DNA of 64,000 nucleotides, taken from Anaerohalosphaeraceae bacterium. Its GTDB lineage: Bacteria; Planctomycetota; Phycisphaerae; Sedimentisphaerales; Anaerohalosphaeraceae. The stretch's first letter is position 1, and each line of letters starts with the position of its first letter. Positions 39,801-50,009 of this stretch are shown piece after piece. The notes beneath the pieces were generated by a model. That model had not been told where the DNA came from and did no database searches. It saw only the letters and a program-made list of their open reading frames with translations. The DNA lies in the NCBI GenBank assembly GCA_963675525.2, contig CAXXSL010000002.1:8323-72322 (forward strand), read 5' to 3'. Made by a program: the position numbers and the translations under genes.

Positions 39801-40748
39801 TCAATTCGTATACACTCGAACCATCTCCTGCAGAAATAATCGGCGGATGGCATCAAAGCCACGCAGGTTCGGATCTTCCAGGTTATAGTAGTACCAAAAA
39901 TGTGGATCGTCTTTGTGATAATGTTTTCGCCAGAATTCATCGCAGTGAATACCGTGCCCCAGAAACTCCGAATGAATGTCGACCAGATGCACATTGGGGT
40001 ATTGCTCACAGAGTTCGGCGATTTTCTGATTAGTCAGCCCCAGCACTTTGACACAGGCCCTCCATCGCGGCAGGCCCATCGTTTGCGGGTCGCCCGCGCC
40101 GTCGGTCGGGTCGTAGATATTGGCGAAAAAGATATCACAGCCGCCGGGGAATTTTTGCATCACGCCTGTCAGCAGTGTATCCAGTCTATTCTTTAGTAAC
40201 TCGCACCATTCCTGCCCCTGCTTGTATGTGCAGCCGTACATGGCATCGTGTTGCGGTTCACTTCGGCCATAATCATGAATCAGGTCATTACCGCCTGAGG
40301 TGATGACGATGATGCCGTGAACGGTTTCGTCATATTGGGGCGTTTTCGCCAGCTGCCGGTCGATGTGTTCCTGTGAAACTGTGTAATCCTGTGCATAATT
40401 GCGGTATGATTGAATGGTCATAACGTGCGAGAGGTCTTTGCCGGCCATGTCAGGATAGAAGGCGTCGTCGTTATTTATCAATAGAGGGAAATATGTCAGG
40501 TACATGGGAGCACCGAGGCCGCGGGTAATGCTGTCTCCGATGCCGACAAAGACGACGGGTTTGTCCAGCCATTGTTCTTGGAAAGCTTCAGTAGCAATGG
40601 CCGGACCGGCTGGGCCGGTGCCCATCGGGCGAGTGCGGACGGCATTGTAAAGCCGACAGCCGAAATAACCGGCAAACAGGATGATGATGAGCAGGCACAG
40701 GAAAATCACCCGCAGTCGTAACTTGTACCATTTGGGCTTGGTTTTCAT
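39801..40748 (-). CDS. SGNH/GDSL hydrolase-family membrane-anchored protein
   Basis: GIGDSIT (block I), SGGND (block III), NIYDPTDG. Confidence 0.85.
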   Translation of the reverse strand: MKTKPKWYKLRLRVIFLCLLIIILFAGYFGCRLYNAVRTRPMGTGPAGPAIATEAFQEQWLDKPVVFVGIGDSITRGLGAPMYLTYFPLLINNDDAFYPDMAGKDLSHVMTIQSYRNYAQDYTVSQEHIDRQLAKTPQYDETVHGIIVITSGGNDLIHDYGRSEPQHDAMYGCTYKQGQEWCELLKNRLDTLLTGVMQKFPGGCDIFFANIYDPTDGAGDPQTMGLPRWRACVKVLGLTNQKIAELCEQYPNVHLVDIHSEFLGHGIHCDEFWRKHYHKDDPHFWYYYNLEDPNLRGFDAIRRLFLQEMVRVYTN

Positions 40749-40777
40749 GGCAATCTCCTTTCTGGCTACTAGTATAT

Positions 40778-40793
40778 AGTTTATATATTAACT
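40778..40793. promoter_or_regulatory. Putative MarR operator upstream of the SGNH gene
   Basis: AGTTTATATATTAACT, one mismatch from the palindrome at 41308. Confidence 0.7.
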
Positions 40794-40815
40794 GATTGTT
40801 CAAAAAAATTTTTCG

Positions 40816-41277
40816 TTACAGGTTTTTTCGGATTTTGCCGCAGGCTTTGATGAGCGTCTGCAGGTCGGTTTTGTTCAGCACGCCCATGACTTTCTGGACT
40901 TTTTTCGCATAGGCGGCGTCGGCTTTTTGGAGCAGTTTTTGCCCTTTTTGTGTCAATTGAATCATGTTGTAGCGGCGATCTTCGGCGGCCGTCCGCCGGA
41001 CGAAGCGGGCTTTTTCCAGACGGTCTATGAGGCCGGTGATGTTGGCGCGGTTGACGAGCATCATCTCCGACAGGCGTGCCTGGCTAAGTCCTTCGGTGCC
41101 GCCGTGGCAACTGAGCAGCAGCATCAGGTTGAACTGCACATCGGTCAATCCGTAAGGGGCGAAGAACTCGGCGGCGTGTTTTTTCAGGCAGATGGTGGTG
41201 TAGTACAGGTTGAGCAGGGCCTCATGCTCGACACTGACGAAATCCTTGCTCAGATTTAATTCTTCTTTCAGACCCAT
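40816..41277 (-). CDS. MarR-family regulator
   Basis: GLTDVQFNLM, LSQARLS, NITGLIDRLEK, EDRR, LTQKG. Confidence 0.93.
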   Translation of the reverse strand: MGLKEELNLSKDFVSVEHEALLNLYYTTICLKKHAAEFFAPYGLTDVQFNLMLLLSCHGGTEGLSQARLSEMMLVNRANITGLIDRLEKARFVRRTAAEDRRYNMIQLTQKGQKLLQKADAAYAKKVQKVMGVLNKTDLQTLIKACGKIRKNL

Positions 41278-41307
41278 GGAAAAACTCCATTTATTGACAT
41301 TAAAACA

Positions 41308-41349
41308 AGTTTATATATAAACTATACACCTATGTATCGGTTGTGTCAA
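41308..41349 (-). promoter_or_regulatory. marR promoter with overlapping palindromic operator
   Basis: TTGACA(41349-41344)-17-TATAGT(41326-41321); perfect palindrome AGTTTATATATAAACT at 41308-41323. Confidence 0.8.
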
Positions 41350-41381
41350 GGGGTTTTGTGAATTTATTCTGAAAAATATCC

Positions 41382-41399
41382 TGTCGCCCCTCCGGGGCT
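41382..41399. repeat. Single REP-like hairpin
   Basis: TGTCGCCCCTCCGGGGCT, a GC stem of REP type; one copy in the window. Confidence 0.45.
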
Positions 41400-41465
41400 T
41401 ATTGGGGTGTGATGGGAGACGGCTGTTTCTTTGTCCATATCGTCTCTTGGCAGAGGCTTAGGATT

Positions 41466-41570
41466 TTATGGACTTTTCTGTTTTTTGATGTCCATGTCGA
41501 GTTTCCAGATTTGTTTCTGGGTGCGGTAGATGACGACGGTGATGCCGAGCCGGAAGCCGATAACGATGTA
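41466..41570 (-). pseudogene. Diverged duplicate of the 3' end of the CDP-alcohol phosphatidyltransferase gene
   Basis: Translates YIVIGFRLGITVVIYRTQKQIWKLDMDIKKQKSP*, versus YIFIAFWLGIAIVIYRTQKRIWKLDMDIKQQENS* at 45915-46019. Confidence 0.9.
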
Positions 41571-41608
41571 AGTTCGTCTTCATAGTATGTTCCTTATTCT
41601 TCTATGAA

Positions 41609-43689
41609 TCAGTTTGTAATGACATCCACTTCGGCATAGCCGATGTTACTGTTGCCTTCCGTATTTCTCAAAGCGCGTAGCTTGATATAGCGGGCTTTTT
41701 CAGGCGCAAACTTTTTATTTTGCCACAAAGGATTGTTTTTAATGTTGGAGAATTCACCCTGGCTTACCAGTTTCCATTCAACATTGTCATTCGAAACGTA
41801 AAACTGATAATCCGTAATGATGCCGGGACCCCACAAGCCCTGGTCCGGGAAGTATCTGAAACCACACAGATATTGTTGCTTTCCCAAATCGATAACCAAA
41901 TCGATGGGCATTCTTTTGTTTTCGCCTTGATGCCATACCGTAGATGTGTTTCCGTCCAGGATCGCATAAGACTTTTTATTGTCAATTCCCACAATTTTCC
42001 AATCCTTTCGGGGCAGGTCGAATTGTTCGTGACATACAGGGCTGCTTTTGCCCGATGCCGGTTCGTATGCAATAGCGCTTACCTGGACTTTTGCCTTCGG
42101 TTTGAAAAGGACCGGTGTATGTTTTCGACTCCGGCGTCGGTATGCTTGCGTCCATGGAATAGTAAACAACCGATTCCCTGTCAGCCGGAGTGATGATGAT
42201 TTCACCGGATTGATTCCTGATGATGGAGGGAGACGTAAGGATTTGCGGTGCATTGTAAATCCCGATATTGGAAATGACCGGACAGCTCTTCGAATCGGTG
42301 ATACTGAAACGAAGCTGTGTTGCCTCGACCGTCGGAAAACGAAGGATACGCTTGTATCCGATCGTGGTTGCCTTTGCCAGTTCTTTCCAGCTTCCGTCAA
42401 CAAGGGCCTCAACCGTAAAAGCTTTCACGCGTTGTCCCAACCGGATATATTCCTGCGCCAGGAAACGGTTTAATGTGGTCGGTTTGCCGAAGTCGACGGT
42501 CAATGACGCTTTTGTTACGCCGTCGTCAGCAGCCCAATAGGTATCTTTGTTACCGTCGATGGCCCTGGCTGCTCCAAATTCATCTGCATTGCCGCGAACA
42601 TTCGACGCTGCAATCTCCGTTTTCTCGGCCAGGTTGACTGCAAATGATTCCTTCACGGCTTTGGCAAGATCAAGTACTGCTTTTTCGTCATTTTTATGGA
42701 TCAGGCCGTTTGGCATGATCGGGAAATTGAGAAGCAAGGTGCCGTTACGTCCAATGGAGTTGTAGTAAGTATCTATTAATTGAGGCAGCGTTTTGACCTT
42801 GGTATCTTCGCTCCGGTGGTAGAACCATTCCGGCCTGATGGACGTATTGACTTCGGCCGGCACCCACGAGTCCCCGTTTTCCACACCGTAATGCAGCATG
42901 TTATACGGGACTTCCCCCGTGGCGTTGAGCAAACTCCAGTTGGTTTCGCCAACCGATCCGCCTTCGGTTCCCACCCAGCGAAGATCGGCCCGGTCGCCCC
43001 CATCGTTCCATATCACGATATCGGGTTGTAGCTTGCGAATCATCTTGTAGGTATTGCTCCAGTCGTAATAGGTGCTACGGTCGATTTTTCGGTTTTCATC
43101 GGCTCCGCCATAATACCCCGTACCTCCGTTGGCCCCGTCAAACCACACTTCGAAAATGGGGCCGTAGTTAGTGAGCAGCTCAGTCAGTTGATTCCGAAAG
43201 TAGGTGATATATTCAGGTTTACCATAATCGGGGTGGTTCCTGTCCCAGGGGGACAAATAGATTCCCAGTTTTAAGCCGTATTCTTTACAAGCATCGGCCA
43301 TTTCGCGAACCACGTCCCCCTTGCCGTCGCGCCAGGGAGAGTTTTTTACGGAATACTCGGTGTATTCAGAAGGCCAAACGCAAAAACCGCAGTGATGTTT
43401 GGCGGTCAGGATGATGCCTTTCATCCCGGCTTCTTTGCAAATACGGGCCCACTGACGCAGTCCAATTCCGTTGGATTAAACAGATTGACATCTTCATTTC
43501 CATACCCCACGACTGATCCGTATAGGTATTCAATGAGAAATGGACGAAGGCATAGTATTCCATTTCCTGCCATCTCAATTGATTTTCCGAGGGAACAGGA
43601 CTACAAGGGGCGGGAGAGTTTGTCTGGGCAGAGCTAAAGCCGATTAAACAGACAGAGAGTATGATCCCGCATAAAAAATGTCTATTCAT
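41609..43689 (-). CDS. Alpha-L-fucosidase (GH29) with F5/8-type domains, frameshifted
   Basis: Start 43689; FVHFSLNTY, LTAKHHCGF, YLSPWD, EVWFDGANG, SIGRNGTLLLN; shifts near 43505, 43455 and 42085. Confidence 0.88.
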
Positions 43690-43690
43690 G

Positions 43691-45745
43691 TTATTCCTTT
43701 TCGTTGATTTCAATGAACTCCGGTTCATAGGGTGCAATCGTGATGCTGCCTTTGTAATCCTTTTCGTAAAGTATACTCTGAGAATTTCCGTTGGTTGGAA
43801 TTTCTTTTGGTTCATCGCTGACATTCAGATACAGGAAATGGGTTTTATCTATCTGTCTGGCCATAACGCCCGATGGGGCCGCAGGCCCTTTTTTGATCCT
43901 CAATTCATCGATCAGGTCGTCAAGCAAAGCGCCAAGCACCTCGCCTTTCGCGGGCAACCCAACGTAAATGGCCCGGCCTTTGCCATACTGGTTCGATGTC
44001 ATGGCGGGGATAATCTTTATCCAGGCTGGTAATGCGGCCAAGAACTTCAGCCCCTTTGGGGTCAACAATATCAAACCTTGTCGATTCCGTGTTGATGGTT
44101 TTTCCTTTGTAAGTAAGCTCAAGCTTTTTGCCCTTATAGGACTTCCTTGAAATTTCGTTCATGGCTTCTGTTTCTTCGAAGCCTCCCAGGCGTATGCCAA
44201 ACACATCGCTTAACATGCCCGGACGGGCAGACGAAAAGACTTGCCCGGTCGTATCCACGATGGCCGAATTACTGGTCATCACGACCGTACCGCCGTTTTT
44301 AACAAAATCACGAATCTTAGCGGCCGTTACTTCATCCATCACCGCGACACCGGGAACGAACAGTAATTTATAATCTAATGAACTGCGGGTGATTTCCACG
44401 ATGCGCGAATCCATGTTGCGCCAGTAAAACAGATCCCAGCAGGTTTGTAATTGGTTTTCATGCTGCTCCGGGAAATACTTACTGGCAATTTGGCTGGGAA
44501 ACGAAAAGGCCAGTCCCACTTCTGCCTTCAGTTGATAGGGAAAGAATTTTTCGATTTTCTTGAACTCCGTAGCGATTTGCTTGTATTCATCATACTTGCG
44601 GTTTGGAACACCGTCCCAGTCCACCATGCCGATCAAATATTGTTCCTCGCCGGCCCACATGCTCTGCCAGGTCCAGCCGCACACCATCTGGTTACCATAC
44701 ATCAATGATGCATAAGCCGATTTTCGGATGGAATTGGGTACGGCGGTCATGGTGGTAAATTCGCTGCACCAGAAAGGGTTGGTGCTTTCGAACTGGATAC
44801 GGAGATACCAAACGCGGCATTCATGACGCCCCAATTGGTCGTTAATGAAAGCCCGGGATAAAAACCACACCCTTCGCGTGTCATTTTTCCTGAATAAGCT
44901 ATTTGGGAATAGTCAAAATATTTCGATGCGCTGTAATACCAGGCATTGGTGTTGGTCAAGGCCTGAGGGGCATTGGTGTTGACGACATCGAGCACCTTAA
45001 AAAGAAGCTGATTGATTTCATCCGACACAAAACACCTGAAATCGAGCATCTTTTCCGGCATATCGTTACTATTTATCCCCGGGGGCAAGCCAATTTCATC
45101 CCATTGGTTAATCCTGCGCGACCAGCGCTGGGTTGCCCATGCCATGTTGAGCTTATCAATGGTTGAATATTTATTCTTCAACCATGCGATGAAACGCTGC
45201 CTGGCTGTTTCGGAATAGGAAATACGTCCATCACCTGATTCGTTATCGATACCAAAGGCCAGCAATGCCGGATGGTTGGCATAGTGTTGGGTTATCGCAT
45301 CGGCAAACCGCAAGGCATATTTCTGGTACATTGGGTCACCGATGTCTTCCATGTAGCGATGGTTTGGGTATTGTATGTCGCCGTTTTCATCAACAATATC
45401 AATGGAAGGATACTTGTGATGCAGCCAGATGGGTGCAGGCCGGATGGCGATATCCAGGATCACCTCAATTCCGGCCTCATGCATCATATCCATGACTTCA
45501 TCAAACCAATCGAAATTAAACTGCCCTTCAGCCGGTTCGTAGCTGTCCCATGCCAAATGGCCCATTCGAACCACATTGAACCCGGCGGCTTTCATCAATG
45601 CAATATCGGTTTTGATCTTTTCCATTTTCTTATTGTCATGAGGATGATAATTGGCACCGACATACAACCCTTGTGCCTGCAATAACACACTCAATTTGAA
45701 AAGAATCGCCATGGAAAACAGAATCGTGTATTTCTTTGTTTTCAT
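43691..45745 (-). CDS. Beta-galactosidase (GH42), frameshifted
   Basis: GANYHP, AGFNVVRMG, AWDSYEP, IDNE, trimerisation-like domain; three collinear pieces with shifts near 44805 and 44008. Confidence 0.85.
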
Positions 45746-45914
45746 AATTTCAACCTCAATACCAATGGATTCAATACAAGATTAATTAAAGGGAAGTATC
45801 TCTGGAGCACCCGGCTTGAGCAAACGCACATCATAAAGCCCTTGTACGTCTTCAAAAGCGTTGAGATAGATTAACATTTTCGTTTCGTTTTCGTTATTTT
45901 ACTGTTTACTTTTT

Positions 45915-46595
45915 TCATGAATTTTCCTGTTGTTTGATGTCCATGTCGAGTTTCCAGATTCGTTTTTGGGTGCGGTAGATGACAATGGCGATGCCGAGCC
46001 AGAAGGCGATGAAGATATAGGGCAGGCTCTTTTGGAGCCAGGTTGTGCCGAAGAAGGTAATCGCGGCGTTGAGGAGGATAAAGTACAGGCGCATTTCGGT
46101 GGGGCCGGTGGCGAGATACGCGATTTTAAACTCGTTGGTTGCGCCGAAGGACAGAAAGGCGTTGACCATCAGGCAGCCCATGCCCAGCGACATAAACCAC
46201 ATGAGTTTATTGTGAACACCGTCGAACAGGTACGCCCAGCCGATGAAGACTGAACACATGAAGACGAAGTCGAGGAAATGGTCCATGAAGAAGCCCCACT
46301 TAACGAGGCCGGTGTTTTTGTGGCGGCCGATGGCCCCGTCGAAACAATCGGTAAACCACTGCAGGAAAATCATCGCCGAAGACGCCCACAGCCAGTGCCG
46401 GTTTCCTGTTTTGCCTGCCAGGTACCCGAAAACAATCATCCCGATGCTCCACGGGACGGTCAGCATCGTCAACTGCCACGTTTCGACCCATGCGGGAAAC
46501 TTCGGCGTCAGCCACTGGATGAATCGTTTTTCCGGTGCTGACAGCAAAGTCTTCATCGGGGCTTTTTTATCACATCCTTGTGTGTCATTGCTCAT
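45915..46595 (-). CDS. CDP-alcohol phosphatidyltransferase-family protein
   Basis: TDCFDGAIGR...WGFFMDHFLD matches the DGxxAR...GxxxDxxxD signature. Confidence 0.9.
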   Translation of the reverse strand: MSNDTQGCDKKAPMKTLLSAPEKRFIQWLTPKFPAWVETWQLTMLTVPWSIGMIVFGYLAGKTGNRHWLWASSAMIFLQWFTDCFDGAIGRHKNTGLVKWGFFMDHFLDFVFMCSVFIGWAYLFDGVHNKLMWFMSLGMGCLMVNAFLSFGATNEFKIAYLATGPTEMRLYFILLNAAITFFGTTWLQKSLPYIFIAFWLGIAIVIYRTQKRIWKLDMDIKQQENS

Positions 46596-46598
46596 TGT

Positions 46599-47078
46599 TT
46601 ACCTCACAGGAGTCGATTGATGTGCATGCAGTATTTTCCAGCCGTCGGGCGTTAAGGTAAATATCGCCGTTTCGCAGAATGGGGTTGTAAATTCCCGCCC
46701 GTCATTCGTCTGCGCGGTCGACATTCCGGATGCCTTTAGCAGGACTTTATCCGGGGACAAAACCTCGATGACTTCCGGGTCAAATTGATATTCGAGTTTT
46801 GCGATGTTGACGAGTCCGTTTTTGGTATAGTTGAAGGCGTGCTGTCGGCTATGGTGAAACAGACCGTTCTGGATGATGACCCCTTCGTTATCAAGGATAT
46901 ATGAAAACATTGCTTCTACGTCCCTGTTTTCGGTGGCCCGGATCATCTGGTGCTGCACTTCGAGGACTTCTTGTTTGATTCGGCTGCGGTCTGTATCGGT
47001 CAATTTTTGGGATGGCAGACAGGACGACAGAAATACCAACGACAAACTCATTAAGACACAACAATATTTCGTTTTCAT
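46599..47078 (-). CDS. NTF2/SnoaL-like lipoprotein
   Basis: Lipobox LSSC; C-terminal DGWKILHAHQS. Confidence 0.8.
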   Translation of the reverse strand: MKTKYCCVLMSLSLVFLSSCLPSQKLTDTDRSRIKQEVLEVQHQMIRATENRDVEAMFSYILDNEGVIIQNGLFHHSRQHAFNYTKNGLVNIAKLEYQFDPEVIEVLSPDKVLLKASGMSTAQTNDGREFTTPFCETAIFTLTPDGWKILHAHQSTPVR

Positions 47079-47131
47079 ACGACTCCCATTCTAATTGTGA
47101 TATTAAATGTTCGTTCTCAATTTCTTGAAAA

Positions 47132-47734
47132 TTAATTGTTTCCTTTATCTTCAAAGTGCACAAAATCGATCAGAAAAACTGCGCCGAGGAGAACGGCTTT
47201 GGCCTCATTGGGCCAGTCGGCGGGAAAGGTGACGCCGAAATTATCCGCATCGGTAAAGCTTTCTTTGAGCAGGCCGGACCATTTTTTGGTGATCTTGCCG
47301 AGAATCTGCTGGCCCTGGCGGATTTCGAATGTCCAGGGGTGCAGAATCGGTCCGAACAGTTCAAGCAATTCATTTCCCTGCGCATCATAGACCGTATATT
47401 TGCGTCTGAGCAGGGTGAATCGCCGCTGGATGCGGCCGAGCATCTGCCCGGAAGGGGTCAGGATGTGCAGTTCGCGGAAATAAAACCGAAACGGGCTTTT
47501 CAGGTTCATCACCAGTTTATTGCCGGGATTGACAACGGCAATTTCGAACGGGCGCCATGCTTTTAGAAACATGCGAACCAGGAAATTGCCGCCGACTTCC
47601 GCGGCATAGTAAAGCTGTTGTCCGGCGGCATTATGGATGGCGTATCTGTTTTTGGTTTCAAAGCCCGTGAGAATCTCGCCCCATTCTTTGATTTGCTGAA
47701 TGACCAAAGAATCCGTTCCGGTTAGTGTCTCCAT
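47132..47734 (-). CDS. Phospholipid scramblase/LURP-one-like protein
   Basis: FETKNRYAI, GKITKKWSG, FTDADNFGVTFP, KAVLLGAVFLIDFVHFE; start placed at 47734. Confidence 0.85.
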   Translation of the reverse strand: METLTGTDSLVIQQIKEWGEILTGFETKNRYAIHNAAGQQLYYAAEVGGNFLVRMFLKAWRPFEIAVVNPGNKLVMNLKSPFRFYFRELHILTPSGQMLGRIQRRFTLLRRKYTVYDAQGNELLELFGPILHPWTFEIRQGQQILGKITKKWSGLLKESFTDADNFGVTFPADWPNEAKAVLLGAVFLIDFVHFEDKGNN

Positions 47735-47911
47735 TCTGCTGTCTCCTGTGAAAAAGGATCTAATTACATTTTCCATTTTCTATAATTTAAGATTATTCAC
47801 GAGAATTCTCAACAAAAAAGGGCACAGAGGCGAGAATTTATCGTTTATTGACGTAGGGCAGCCGGAGCAGTAAAATGACTGAAAAGCGGCCCTGAAAAGA
47901 AGGAAAATGCG

Positions 47912-48394
47912 ATGACAAAACAGATTTCCGAAGAACGTAAAAGCATGTACAACGCCGGGCTGGTGATGATGGTCATCGGCGGGTGTTTGTTCGCGCTGCC
48001 GTTTCTGGCGATACCAATCGTCATTATTGCCGGGATGCTCAATGTCGAGGGGGTTCTCAGCGACGGGCCGGGTAAGTGGGTGATTCTCGTCCCGGTAGCC
48101 TTTGTTGCGGCGTTTGTCGGCTTCGGTCTGATTGTCGCCGGCGGGGCGATGCGGGGTGTCGCGGCGCGGGGAACGGCGGGGTCGGGACTGGTGCTGGATC
48201 CGGAAAAGGCCCGCGAAGACCTGAAGCCGTGGACGGGTATGGCCGGGGGCATGGTCAAGGATGTGCTGGATGAGGCGGATATCGATTTGGGCGGTTCACA
48301 GCCGCAAAAAGTGGTGATGATCCGCTGTCAGGCCTGCAAAAAACTCAACGAGGAAGACTCGAAATTTTGCCAGGAATGTGGAAACCCCTTATAA
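47912..48394 (+). CDS. Membrane protein with C-terminal zinc ribbon
   Basis: Two TM segments; CQACKKLNEEDSKFCQECG. Confidence 0.8.
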   Translation: MTKQISEERKSMYNAGLVMMVIGGCLFALPFLAIPIVIIAGMLNVEGVLSDGPGKWVILVPVAFVAAFVGFGLIVAGGAMRGVAARGTAGSGLVLDPEKAREDLKPWTGMAGGMVKDVLDEADIDLGGSQPQKVVMIRCQACKKLNEEDSKFCQECGNPL

Positions 48395-48658
48395 TGAGGA
48401 AGGTTATTTCGTCCCATAAAGTATCGGGTGCTTAGCCGGATGCTAATTGCGGCGAAATTAACAAGGCCACTGTGTAGCCATAAGTCTTTTTTTTTAAACA
48501 ACTTGCAATTTTTTTTTAACTAAACATAAACATACAATGTCTTTTCCACAATAACCATAAAGTAGGAATTCCTTTTTTCCGATGATTTATGCAATGTGCA
48601 GAAATCCAATGTGGTCTACTTAGCATTTTACGATAGATTTCAGATAAAGGAGATTAAA

Positions 48659-49964
48659 ATGATTAATGCCAGATGTATTCGAGCCATCGTTTTTTTACTT
48701 TCGGTCGTTTCCTTCCTGATGTTGGCATCTCCGCTGCAGGCAGAACCGCTGCAAATGGCGCATGGCTGGAGCGTGAATCCCCAGGGAGGAAACGTTGCCG
48801 CTGATGAAGCGATTACGATGATGCTCAAAACAGTCAAAAAGCCGAGGTTTATCGTTCTCTATACGACAGCTGACTATGGCGAACAGGAGATCGTTCAGAC
48901 ATTACGCAATCGCTTCCCCGACGCAAAGTTGTTTGGAACCAACGTCTACAAGGGTGTTTTCTCATCGGATGGATTGCATATTGGCCAAAAGGGTTCGCTG
49001 GCGATCATGGGATTCGCCGGCGGCGATCTTCAATTCGGCGTCAGCGCAAGGAAAGTCGAAGAGGGCGCCGATGTTGTCGCTCTGACAAAGGACGCGATCG
49101 CGGATGCAGCAAAGGATGCAGGCAAATCGCCTGAAGATAAACCCTCTGTGATTCTTCTGGGAGCCACAAAGGGAAAGGAAGATGCGATTGTCACAGGAAT
49201 CAGCGATGCCTTTGCATGCGATATTCCGCTGATCGGCGGAACCCACTGCACCGACGTATTTGGACATGGGTATGTCATCGAAACCGACAACATGTATAAT
49301 CCGGGCCTGATTGTCGGGCTGATCTATTCAGAGGCTAAGATCGGCGCGTCTTTTTACGCCGGATTTATTGGAAGAAAGAAGTCCGGGACGATAACCGAAG
49401 GAGACGGACGCTTGCTCCAAAAAATCGATGATAAGCCCGCCCAGGACGTTTACAGGGAATGGGCCAACGGTCACTTTGACAACATTGACAGTTCCAAAGA
49501 AAGTGTCCTTGTCATGTCCAGCGCCGTGTGTCCATTGGCAAAAGCGATTACACTGCCCGGCGGCGAGATGCGATACATCCCCGTTCGTCCCTGGAGGTTC
49601 CATCCCGACGGTTCGCTGAACACGGGCCGGGGATATCCATCTTGGAGATACGATATACTACGTTGAGTGTGATAAAAAAGCACTCCAGAAAAGAGCCGGC
49701 ATTGTTGCCAGACATGCTTTAGTGGATGGCAGAATCAAGATGAAAGACATTGCGGGAGGACTCCATATTTACTGTGGCGGAGCAGCCAAGACCCTGGGCC
49801 TTGAGGCCGACGGCGAAACAGACAAAATGGTCAGAGAGATTAAAAAGGCAATGGGCGGAAAACCATTTATCGGCGGCTTCACCGCCGGAGAACAGGGCAA
49901 CATTCCCGGATATGGGTACTTCCATGGTAATTTAATGAGCTCCATGGTTATCTTTTCAGAATAG
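48659..49964 (+). CDS. FIST N/C-domain protein with signal peptide, frameshifted
   Basis: Start MINAR at 48659; PLIGG, IDDKPA, CPLA, YCGG, GGFTAGEQG; shifts near 49630 and 49720. Confidence 0.8.
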
Positions 49965-50009
49965 AAAAATCAAGTTACGTGTTCTCCGAATGCCTAAGGT
50001 AACGATAAG

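Noticed and set aside
39707..40009. N-terminal extension of the 593-aa Lnt-like ORF
   Set aside because: Overlaps the SGNH gene and a REP-like half element; a strong RBS supports the start at 39706.
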